From assembly GCA_038154685.1 (NCBI GenBank), contig JAYPYW010000002.1, forward strand, positions 51,070 through 115,069: a DNA stretch of 64,000 bases. Reading direction: 5' to 3'. This DNA is from Flavobacteriales bacterium. Lineage in GTDB: Bacteria; Bacteroidota; Bacteroidia; Flavobacteriales_C; GCA-002722245. A program made the position numbers and the translations under genes. Shown here in pieces: positions 56,141-64,000 of this stretch. Under the pieces are notes generated by a model. It had not been told where the DNA came from, made no database searches, and saw nothing but the letters and a program-made list of their open reading frames with translations. Within the stretch, counting starts at the first letter, position 1, and each line of letters begins with the position of its first letter.

Positions 56141-56785
56141 GTGTTATTTTTGTACCCAATGAAGAATATTGAGATAGTAGATCCAAAGGAAGTTTCTCTT
56201 TTAGAAAGAGTTACAGAGGTTTATGTTCGTGAGGGATTGAAGAAAATCACGATGGATGACATGGCTAAGAAGCTAAATGTTTCCAAAAAAACGCTTTATA
56301 AGTACGTTAAAAATAGAAAAGAGTTGATTTTAAAGTCAACAATTTTTCATGTTCAGAGAGAAAGATTAAAAATTATTGAAATCCAGGAAAAGGAATTAAA
56401 TCCGATTTTGGAGCATCATGAATTGGCTCAGTTCTTTTTACAAACGTTAACTCAAATTAATCCTGTTTTGCATTACGATATGCAGCATTACTTTACGGAA
56501 TCTTGGGAATTCTTAAATGAGCATTTCAATGGATTTATTTTTAAGAGCATATTTAAAAACCTAAAAAGAGGACAAGCTGAAGGTCTTTACCACAGTGAAT
56601 TTGATGCCGAAATAATCGCGAAGTTCTTTACAACAAGGATTGATATTATATTCGACGGTGAATTATTCCCAGACCAGTCTAACTTCGGACAGGTTTACTT
56701 GGAATATTTAACCTATCACTTAAACTCAATTACTTCCGATAAAGGAAAAGATATATTAAACCAACTAGACTTTAAACAACTTTAA
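56141..56785 (+). CDS. TetR/AcrR-family transcriptional regulator
   Basis: N-terminal HTH (GLKKITMDDMAKKLNVSKKTLYKYVKNR) and a helical ligand domain. The start may be the Met at 56159. Confidence 0.7.
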   Translation: MLFLYPMKNIEIVDPKEVSLLERVTEVYVREGLKKITMDDMAKKLNVSKKTLYKYVKNRKELILKSTIFHVQRERLKIIEIQEKELNPILEHHELAQFFLQTLTQINPVLHYDMQHYFTESWEFLNEHFNGFIFKSIFKNLKRGQAEGLYHSEFDAEIIAKFFTTRIDIIFDGELFPDQSNFGQVYLEYLTYHLNSITSDKGKDILNQLDFKQL

Positions 56786-56786
56786 A

Positions 56787-58115
56787 ATGCGATTAAGCAA
56801 TAAAACCATAAAGCAACTTGCCCTAGGACTTACATTAGTAAGTACAAGTTTGAGTGCTCAGGACTTCACCCTAAAGCAAGCTCAAGATTATGCCATCGAG
56901 CACTATTATGAGTCCGTTAATGCAGGGTTAGACATAAAAAAATCTAAGGCCAAAATATGGGAAACCACAGCTATTGGTTTACCACATGTTAATGCAACTG
57001 GTTCGTACAGATATGCAGCTGACCTGGAATTTGATTTCGACTTATCAGGAGGAATTCCTCCAGGACAAGATTTCATTGCCGCTTTCGCTGCAGATAACAT
57101 TTCACAAGGGAAAATTGAGGCAACTCAGTTGATTTTTGACGGAAGTTATATTGTTGGATTACAAGCTTCAAAAAAATATCATGAATTCTCTACAGCTTCA
57201 TTAGAAAAAACCAACAATGAAGTTAGGAGCATAATTGCTTCCTCTTACTATTTAGTTTTAGTTGCTGGAGAAAATGTTGAAATTTTGGATGGAAGTTTAG
57301 AAACTATTGAAACTTCAATTAAAGAGACGGCGGCACTGGTTGAACAAGGTTTCTTGGAGGAAACTGAATTAGATCAATTAGAGTTAATGAAATCTGATTT
57401 AGAAAGTTCTTTACAAAGTGCTAAACAATCCCAAAATGTGGCGGTAAAAATGCTAAAGTTAAACTTAGGATTGGATTTATCAGCTACCATTAATCTTACA
57501 GATAGTTTAAAGGGAATCGTTGAGCAAATTAACATTGAAGCTTTAACAGGACAACAATTTGATGCTGGTGGTAATCCAGATTTAAAAGTTCTGGAAATTC
57601 AAAAAGACCTATTAAAATTGGACTTAAAGAGATATAAAGCTCAAAGATTACCAACTGTTGCTGCTTTCTACCAATACCAAAACACAGCATACCAATTTGA
57701 ATGGGACTGGTTAAAAGACGCCACTTGGTTTGATGCTCAAAACGTTGGATTATCTATTTCTGTTCCAATATTAAGTTCTGGACAACAAGGAGCGGTTATA
57801 AAACAAGCGAAATTAGAATACAATAAAATTCAGAATTCATACGACTATGTGCAAAAAGCAATGAGTATTCAGTTTACTAATGCTGTTAATGATCTGAATA
57901 CTAAAAATTCAAATCTTGAAAATGCTCAGAAAAGCTTAGCAATTGCAGACAAAATTTATGATAGAACTCAGAAGAAACACAAAGAAGGTTTGGCTTCGAG
58001 TTTCGAACTATCACAAATGAAAAACCAGGTCTTACAATCGCAAGGAAAATACATCCAAGCATTATTCGACTTGTTGAATGCTAAAGCTGAATTAGACAAA
58101 CTTCAAAACAAATAA
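56787..58115 (+). CDS. TolC-family outer-membrane efflux channel
   Basis: Signal peptide, two tandem OEP repeats, coiled-coil-rich. 442 aa. Start is 2 bp after the TetR stop. Confidence 0.8.
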   Translation: MRLSNKTIKQLALGLTLVSTSLSAQDFTLKQAQDYAIEHYYESVNAGLDIKKSKAKIWETTAIGLPHVNATGSYRYAADLEFDFDLSGGIPPGQDFIAAFAADNISQGKIEATQLIFDGSYIVGLQASKKYHEFSTASLEKTNNEVRSIIASSYYLVLVAGENVEILDGSLETIETSIKETAALVEQGFLEETELDQLELMKSDLESSLQSAKQSQNVAVKMLKLNLGLDLSATINLTDSLKGIVEQINIEALTGQQFDAGGNPDLKVLEIQKDLLKLDLKRYKAQRLPTVAAFYQYQNTAYQFEWDWLKDATWFDAQNVGLSISVPILSSGQQGAVIKQAKLEYNKIQNSYDYVQKAMSIQFTNAVNDLNTKNSNLENAQKSLAIADKIYDRTQKKHKEGLASSFELSQMKNQVLQSQGKYIQALFDLLNAKAELDKLQNK

Positions 58116-58146
58116 ACTAGACTAAAAGACTATAAAAGATATAAAA

Positions 58147-59295
58147 ATGAAAAAATTTGGAATCGCAATATTAGGAGCATCGGTAGCACTTGCTGGATGT
58201 GAACCAGGTTTAGAGCAATTGAAAGACAACAAAAAGTCGATGATTGCTAATCATAAACAAGCATTAAGAGATTATGATAAAGCTTTACATGAAATTGATT
58301 CAGTAATTAAGGCTCATCCTGATTACAAACCTGATTCAATTGAGATTAAAACTGTTCCTGTTACAGTTAAGAATGTAGATATTAAAACCTTCGAGCATTT
58401 CTTTGAAGTTCACGGAAACGTAGAAGTTGTAGAAAATGCCAACCTTTTTGCTGAGGCTCCTGGTAATGTTAAAAAAATCCATGTTTCTGAGGGACAATCT
58501 GTAAAGAAAGGAGATGTTTTAATCTCGCTTGATGCTGCTCAATTAGAATCTGGGATCAAAGAATTAGAAAAAGGATTAGAGCTTGCAACTAAGGTTTACA
58601 ACAAACAAAAAGCGCTTTGGGATCAAAAAATTGGTTCCGAAATTCAATTCTTAGAAACTAAGAATAATAAAGAAGCTTTAGAACAAAAATTAGTAACGAT
58701 GAAAGAGCAATTGGATATGTATAAAATCCGAGCGCCTTTCAACGGTATGGTTGACGAAATCATGCCAAAAGTTGGTGAAGCTGCAGCTCCTGGATTCCCG
58801 GTGGCAAGGGTGATGAACTTAGGAAGAATCTTCTTAGAAGGAGATGTTTCAGAGAAATACATTACCTCTGTAAAAGCTGGAGGATTTGTTGAAGTAAAAT
58901 TCCCATCATTAGGAGAATCAGTTAATGCTAAAGTAACTAGAGTTGGAAACTTTATTAACCCTGCGAATAGAACTTTTAATGTAAAAGTTGAATTCAATAA
59001 CCCTGGGGGGAAATATAAGCCTAACCAGTTAGCGGTTATGAAAATTAGAGATTACAAGGCTGAAAATGCTTTAGTAATTCCATCAAGAATTGTTCAACAA
59101 GACAGGAGTGGACAAGATTATGTTTATACCTATGAAGGTTCGGATGTTAAACGTGTTAAAAAGCTAAAACTAGAACTTGGGAAATCATACGAAGGGTCAG
59201 TTGAAGTTATCTCTGGATTAAATGCTGAAACCGTTTTAATCGACAAGGGAGCTAAATCAGTTCAGGCTGAAGATGCAATTGAAATCAAAAAATAA
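58147..59295 (+). CDS. RND efflux periplasmic adaptor (membrane fusion protein)
   Basis: Lipobox LAGCEPG. Biotinyl/lipoyl-like half-barrel (GDVLISLD), alpha-hairpin, and C-terminal beta-barrel. Confidence 0.8.
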   Translation: MKKFGIAILGASVALAGCEPGLEQLKDNKKSMIANHKQALRDYDKALHEIDSVIKAHPDYKPDSIEIKTVPVTVKNVDIKTFEHFFEVHGNVEVVENANLFAEAPGNVKKIHVSEGQSVKKGDVLISLDAAQLESGIKELEKGLELATKVYNKQKALWDQKIGSEIQFLETKNNKEALEQKLVTMKEQLDMYKIRAPFNGMVDEIMPKVGEAAAPGFPVARVMNLGRIFLEGDVSEKYITSVKAGGFVEVKFPSLGESVNAKVTRVGNFINPANRTFNVKVEFNNPGGKYKPNQLAVMKIRDYKAENALVIPSRIVQQDRSGQDYVYTYEGSDVKRVKKLKLELGKSYEGSVEVISGLNAETVLIDKGAKSVQAEDAIEIKK

Positions 59296-59327
59296 TTCAA
59301 GCCATCACTATTTAAAAGATAAAAGAG

Positions 59328-62300
59328 ATGTCAGAACAAAAAGATAAAGGACTAAAAAAGTTTGGGTTATCAACCCTTGCTTTAAAAAATCCTACTACAG
59401 TAATTGTACTTACGTTTATCCTTGCTTTTGTTGGAATGAGCTCATACAACAGTATGCCTCGAGAAGCATTCCCTGAGGTAGTTATTCCACAAATTTATGT
59501 TGGAACTCCTTATCCAGGAAACTCTCCATTGGATATTGAAAAACTGATTACAAGACCTTTAGAGAAGGAGATTAATACAATCACAGGAATTGATAAGGTA
59601 AAATCTACCTCTGTTCAAGGTTATTCAACAATCGACATTCAATTCGACTTTTCGGTTACTCCGCAACAGGCGTTAAGAAAAGTAAAAGATGCAGTTGATA
59701 AGGTAATGGGTGAGCCTTCTTTCCCAAAAGATTTACCAGCTGATCCAAACGTGTTTGAAATGAACATGTCCGAATTAACTCCTGCATTGAACGTTAACTT
59801 GTCGGGAGATTTCTCAATGGACATGTTAAAGGAATACGCTGAAATTCTTGAAGATAGAATTGAAGATATCCCTCAAGTTACCAAGGTAGATATTCGTGGT
59901 ACACAAGAGAAGGAGGTTAAGATTGATGTTAATCCATACAAAATGGCTAGTATGGAAGTAACCTTCGGAGATATTGAAAATGCAATGGCACAGGAAAACA
60001 TGACCATCTCTGGTGGAGATGTTGTTGTTGATGGTGTAAGAAGAAACGTTCGTTTAGTTGGAGAATTTAACGACTGGAGAGACATTCCAAATATGATCGT
60101 TAAAAACGAAAAGTTCAACATTGTTAGATTAAGAGACGTTGCTGAAGTAAGCTACGAAGGAAAAGAGAGAATTAGTTTCTCCAGAGAATATGGTGCGCCA
60201 GTAGTAATGCTAGATGTAATGAAGAGAGGAGGTGAAAACCTAATCGAAACTTCAGATGCAGTTTATGCATTAATTGACGCAGCTAAAAAGAATGATTTCC
60301 CTGAAGGATTAGAAATAACAGTTACCAATGATTTAACTGGAAAAACTAAAACTCAGGTAAGTGAGTTAGAAAACTCAATCATCTTTGGAACTATCCTGGT
60401 TGTAATGGTATTACTTTTCTTCTTAGGATTAAGAAGTGCAGCATTCGTAGGAATTGCAATTCCTCTTTCGATGTTTATTGCCTTCTTCATCTTAAATACA
60501 ATGGGGGTTACCCTAAACATGATGGTATTATTCTCGCTTGTACTTGCATTAGGAATGTTAGTAGATAACGGGATTGTAATCGTGGAAAATATTTACCGTT
60601 TAATGGACGAAGGATACCGTCCATTTAAAGCTGCCCAATATGGGGCTGGTGAGGTAGCTTGGCCAATTATTGCTTCAACAGCAACTACTCTGGCAGCATT
60701 CGTACCATTAGCTTTATGGCCTGGTATTATGGGAGAATTCATGAAGTTCTTACCAATCACTTTAATGATTGTATTAGGGTCTTCGTTATTTGTAGCATTA
60801 GTAATTAATCCTGTATTAATTGCTTTAATGGCCAGAATGAAACCTAAAGGTGTAAGAAGCCTTGCTTGGGTAATTTTAGTCCTTGGTTTATTAATTTCTG
60901 TTGGAGGAGCTCCAGGTGGAGGAAACATGTTTGTTTTCATCGCCATCTTTATCTTCATTAACCCTAAATTGATTAGTCCTGTTACTAATAAGTTCCAGCT
61001 TTCATTCTTACCTAAATTGGAAAATGTTTACAAGAAGTTCCTAGCATTTGCTATGTTAAGAAAGCGTCCAATTTGGTTCTTCTTTGGTGTAATTGGAATG
61101 TTTATTTCATCAATCTTTTTAATAATGGCTTTCCCTCCTAAGGTTGTATTCTTCCCAGGAAATGAGCCAGCATACTTAAACGTTTTCATTGAAAAACCTA
61201 TTGGAACAGATATCAATGAAACCGATAAAGATTCAAGGATAATTGAAGAGAAAGTAATTAACTACTTCCAACAAGTTCCAGGATACTTTTATAAGGTTGG
61301 AGAAAATGGAGTTAAAGAAACTATTCAAGTTGATTCAAACTTAATGCCGCTTGTTAAATCTATTATTGCTCAGGTTGGTAACGGAACTTCTGATCCTGCC
61401 CAGGGACCATCTATGGCGAACACTCCTGAGAAAGCAAGGATTCAAGTTTCATTCGAAGAGTTTGCTGATCGTAAAGTAAAAATCAACGGAAAAGAAGAGT
61501 TAATTTCTACGTCTGATATCATGAATACAGTTAGGGATTTACTTTCAGGAAATCCTGGTGTAAGAGTAGTTGTTGACAAAGATCCTGCAGGTCCTCCAAT
61601 GGGTAAAGACATTAACATCGATATTTCTGGTGATGATTTTGATGAATTGGTTGCAGAAGCTGAAAAAATGCTTTCTTTCATCAAGAACAAGAACGTTCCT
61701 GGTGTTGAGGATCTAAAAATGAACATCGAAACTGGTAAGCCAGAGTTAATTATTGATGTTGATGAGCAAAAAGCGAGAAGATTAAATATCTCTACAGCTT
61801 CTATCGGTATGCAAATCAGAACTGCCTTGTTTGGAAAAGAGATTTCTAAGTTCAAACAAGGTGAAGATGAATATGATATTACTTTAAGAATGAATGAATA
61901 TTCCAGAAATAATATCGACAATTTATTAAACCAGCCAATCACATTCCGTGACATGTTAACTGGTCAAATTCGTCAGGTTCCAATTTCTGCTGTAGCAACA
62001 GTAAAGAAAACCTCAACGATTTCATCTGTAAAGAGAATCGAGTTAAAGAGAACTATTTCACTTCAATCTAATGTATTGAAAGATGATGGTTATAACCCAA
62101 ATGAGGTTGTTGCTGAAATGAAAGATGTATTAGCTGATTATGAAACAGCTGAAGGTGTTTCGTGGAAGTTCACAGGTCAGCAAGAAGAACAAGCAAAAGA
62201 AATGGCTTTCTTAGGAACTGCTTTAGGTATTGCAATCTTCTTAATCCTATTAATTATCGTTGCTCAATTTAACTCGATTTCTGCGCCAGTTGTAATTCTG

Positions 62301-62825
62301 TTCGCTGTATTGATGAGTTTCACTGGAGTATTTACAGGATTAATCAGTGCAGGTATGGAATTCGTAATCATTATGATGATGATTGGTATTATTTCACTTG
62401 CTGGGGTTGTTGTAAACAATGCGATTGTATTAGTGGATTACACCAAACTATTAATGACTCGTAAAGAGTTGGAGTTAGGGATTTCAGGTGAAGGAAAAGA
62501 AAGATTAACTATTCCATATGTAATTGAAGCTGTTATTGAAGCTGGTAGAACAAGACTTCGGCCTGTACTACTTACAGCGATCACAACTGTACTTGGATTG
62601 TTACCAATGGCGATTGGTTTAAATATCGATTTCTTAGGATTCTTCGCAAGCGGTGATCCTGCAATTAGTATTGGTGGTGATAACGTTATTTTCTGGGGAC
62701 CAATGGCTTGGACCATCATCTTCGGATTAACGTTCGCAACATTCTTAACATTAGTAATTGTGCCAGTATGTTTTTACTTGGCATTAAGATTAAAATATTT
62801 AATACTAGGGATTCCTAGATATTAG
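59328..62825 (+). CDS. RND efflux permease (AcrB/HAE1 family)
   Basis: 1165 aa with a 12-TM pseudo-repeat architecture and large porter/docking loops. The conserved TM4 region LVLALGMLVDNGIVIVENI carries the proton-relay Asp. Confidence 0.85.
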   Translation: MSEQKDKGLKKFGLSTLALKNPTTVIVLTFILAFVGMSSYNSMPREAFPEVVIPQIYVGTPYPGNSPLDIEKLITRPLEKEINTITGIDKVKSTSVQGYSTIDIQFDFSVTPQQALRKVKDAVDKVMGEPSFPKDLPADPNVFEMNMSELTPALNVNLSGDFSMDMLKEYAEILEDRIEDIPQVTKVDIRGTQEKEVKIDVNPYKMASMEVTFGDIENAMAQENMTISGGDVVVDGVRRNVRLVGEFNDWRDIPNMIVKNEKFNIVRLRDVAEVSYEGKERISFSREYGAPVVMLDVMKRGGENLIETSDAVYALIDAAKKNDFPEGLEITVTNDLTGKTKTQVSELENSIIFGTILVVMVLLFFLGLRSAAFVGIAIPLSMFIAFFILNTMGVTLNMMVLFSLVLALGMLVDNGIVIVENIYRLMDEGYRPFKAAQYGAGEVAWPIIASTATTLAAFVPLALWPGIMGEFMKFLPITLMIVLGSSLFVALVINPVLIALMARMKPKGVRSLAWVILVLGLLISVGGAPGGGNMFVFIAIFIFINPKLISPVTNKFQLSFLPKLENVYKKFLAFAMLRKRPIWFFFGVIGMFISSIFLIMAFPPKVVFFPGNEPAYLNVFIEKPIGTDINETDKDSRIIEEKVINYFQQVPGYFYKVGENGVKETIQVDSNLMPLVKSIIAQVGNGTSDPAQGPSMANTPEKARIQVSFEEFADRKVKINGKEELISTSDIMNTVRDLLSGNPGVRVVVDKDPAGPPMGKDINIDISGDDFDELVAEAEKMLSFIKNKNVPGVEDLKMNIETGKPELIIDVDEQKARRLNISTASIGMQIRTALFGKEISKFKQGEDEYDITLRMNEYSRNNIDNLLNQPITFRDMLTGQIRQVPISAVATVKKTSTISSVKRIELKRTISLQSNVLKDDGYNPNEVVAEMKDVLADYETAEGVSWKFTGQQEEQAKEMAFLGTALGIAIFLILLIIVAQFNSISAPVVILFAVLMSFTGVFTGLISAGMEFVIIMMMIGIISLAGVVVNNAIVLVDYTKLLMTRKELELGISGEGKERLTIPYVIEAVIEAGRTRLRPVLLTAITTVLGLLPMAIGLNIDFLGFFASGDPAISIGGDNVIFWGPMAWTIIFGLTFATFLTLVIVPVCFYLALRLKYLILGIPRY

Positions 62826-62848
62826 AAGGATTGGCTTTTAGTTGTTTT

Positions 62849-62890
62849 GAAAAGGGGTAAGGCGTTCTGCTAAGCCCCTTTTCTTTTTTT
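62849..62890. terminator. Bidirectional rho-independent terminator
   Basis: aaaagggg...cccctttt stem followed by ctttttttt, between convergent genes. The adjacent ccccctcag motif recurs elsewhere. Confidence 0.45.
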
Positions 62891-62902
62891 ACCCCCTCAG
62901 TC

Positions 62903-64000
62903 CTAATCTTTAACTTTTTGAAGTAAAGCTGTTTTAGGAATTTTAAACTCCTTAACTACCTTATATTCTCCCGTTTCAATAAGTTCTTTTTGGTTCTTTT
63001 GAAAACAGTACACGAAATCTGTTCCCTTAATAATTCCCTTTCTTGAATGCTTTGGAACTTCATCTAAATTCTCTTGAAAATTGAACTCGTAATATTCCCA
63101 AGCTGGACCAAATAACCAGTCGTAACTTATGGTTGAGTCCTCCTCTTTTAGTTCATGATAAAGTTTATTTGCTGCTTTTGTTCCACCGTCATAATCCCAT
63201 TCTTTGGTAGCTTCAAAATTCATGGATTGTGAAAAATGATAAGCCATACTTCCAGATAAGAATACCCCTAATACAGTGATAGTATAAAACAACCATTTCT
63301 TTGTTTTCGCCATTAATTCGTTAAGGAAATAGTATAGAAAAACAGCAAATATTGGAATTAAAAACAAAGCAGTTCTGGTTTGCGGGAACCTAGCACCCAT
63401 CCAATAAAACTGGATATTAAGAATGAAAAAATAGGCGATGATTATAACCAACATCTTCGAAAATCGTTGGTATTTGTTTTGAATAAAATGATAAAGAAAT
63501 CCTGCCGTTACAACAGCAAGCATTACAAATCGAATATCCTTCCAAAACTTTTCTCCATAGTAAGAAAAATAAATACTTCTGTGAATTAGAGGACTGACAC
63601 TATTTTCAATAATCCCTTGCTCACCTCCAAAATATAATTGTCCGTTATTTTTTAGATGAAATAAAAACAAAAAGGCAGGAACAACCGCTACAACAATTCC
63701 AGAAATTCGGTACAAATAGTAACGTATGTCAATATCTTTAAAGCCATTCTCAATTTTCGAAAATAGGTGGTAATAATCAATACCTGTTAAAACCAAAAAC
63801 AGTAAAAAATAATTGATGTAGGTAAGGTTAGCATAAACTGCCAACAACATAAATCCTAATACTTTAAACGCATTACTGTTTTGTTCCTCTATAGTTCGAG
63901 GTTTATTAACTATAAAATAAGACAAGGAAATCATCCCGAAACCTAAACCCAGTCCATATCCCCTGGCAAGAGCAAAGAAATCTAATACGTATGGATTGAA
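62903..64000 (-). CDS. Polytopic membrane protein, possibly a glycosyltransferase of the ArnT/PMT (GT39/GT83-like) type. N-terminus lies beyond the window end.
   Basis: The reverse frame stays open from 63934 to the window end (...FNPYVLDFFALARGYGLGLGFGMISLSY...). Many TM helices followed by a soluble C-terminal domain. The family assignment is tentative. Confidence 0.3.
   Translation of the reverse strand, partial: FNPYVLDFFALARGYGLGLGFGMISLSYFIVNKPRTIEEQNSNAFKVLGFMLLAVYANLTYINYFLLFLVLTGIDYYHLFSKIENGFKDIDIRYYLYRISGIVVAVVPAFLFLFHLKNNGQLYFGGEQGIIENSVSPLIHRSIYFSYYGEKFWKDIRFVMLAVVTAGFLYHFIQNKYQRFSKMLVIIIAYFFILNIQFYWMGARFPQTRTALFLIPIFAVFLYYFLNELMAKTKKWLFYTITVLGVFLSGSMAYHFSQSMNFEATKEWDYDGGTKAANKLYHELKEEDSTISYDWLFGPAWEYYEFNFQENLDEVPKHSRKGIIKGTDFVYCFQKNQKELIETGEYKVVKEFKIPKTALLQKVKD

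Noticed and set aside
59328-62825. Unusually long (1165 aa) RND permease as a possible fusion
   Set aside because: The extra length is spread over the periplasmic porter loops and includes no foreign domain. It is still consistent with ordinary HAE1 variation in Bacteroidota.

Overview
This is AT-rich chromosomal DNA (high-30s %GC by eye) from a gliding Bacteroidota, probably Flavobacteriia. The coding evidence for that placement is: ssb followed by gldE and gldD, several secreted proteins ending in type IX secretion (T9SS) type-A sorting domains, one large protein with a T9SS type-B ('gliding-motility C-terminal') domain, an ECF sigma factor, and the two-residue lipoprotein signal 'SC'. Housekeeping genes present are truA, a tRNA-Gln, RNase E/G, HU, mutY, ssb, gcvH, a Dus-family tRNA-dihydrouridine synthase, dxs, thioredoxin, a 2-Cys peroxiredoxin, two paralogous membrane fatty-acid desaturases, an MsbA-like ABC exporter, a MacAB-like tripartite exporter, and a TetR-regulated TolC/MFP/RND efflux operon. 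Together these say core chromosome, not a plasmid or phage. I found no CRISPR array, no integrase or transposase, and no complete insertion sequence. Nine things deserve a second look. (1) mutY is split by a deletion of about 14 nt that removes part of the invariant 4Fe-4S cysteine loop, so it is a pseudogene candidate sitting directly upstream of ssb-gldE-gldD. (2) An unannotated 29-codon Lys/Arg-rich ORF between HU and RNase G resembles ribosomal protein bS22. (3) A four-gene minus-strand envelope operon (small beta-barrel outer-membrane protein, two lipoproteins, di-haem cytochrome c peroxidase) resembles an MbnP/MbnH-type copper module. (4) A minus-strand operon encodes an OmpA-family protein, a frameshifted hypothetical, a 979-aa Ca-binding T9SS type-B cargo and a cytoplasmic single-HKD PLD nuclease. 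(5) Two paralogous T9SS cargo proteins carry an N-terminal 'TGSPGD-x4-C-x2-CH' motif and flank an orphan ECF sigma factor plus a decayed T9SS C-terminal relic. (6) Short GC-rich inverted-repeat elements (MITE/REP-like) are scattered through intergenic spacers. (7) An orphan membrane histidine kinase has three near-identical tandem PAS units. (8) A 600-bp gene-free region lies between gcvH and the MsbA-like exporter gene. (9) A 434-aa orphan helical protein is bracketed by repeat elements. All calls come from reading translations and sequence patterns by eye; I ran no database searches.
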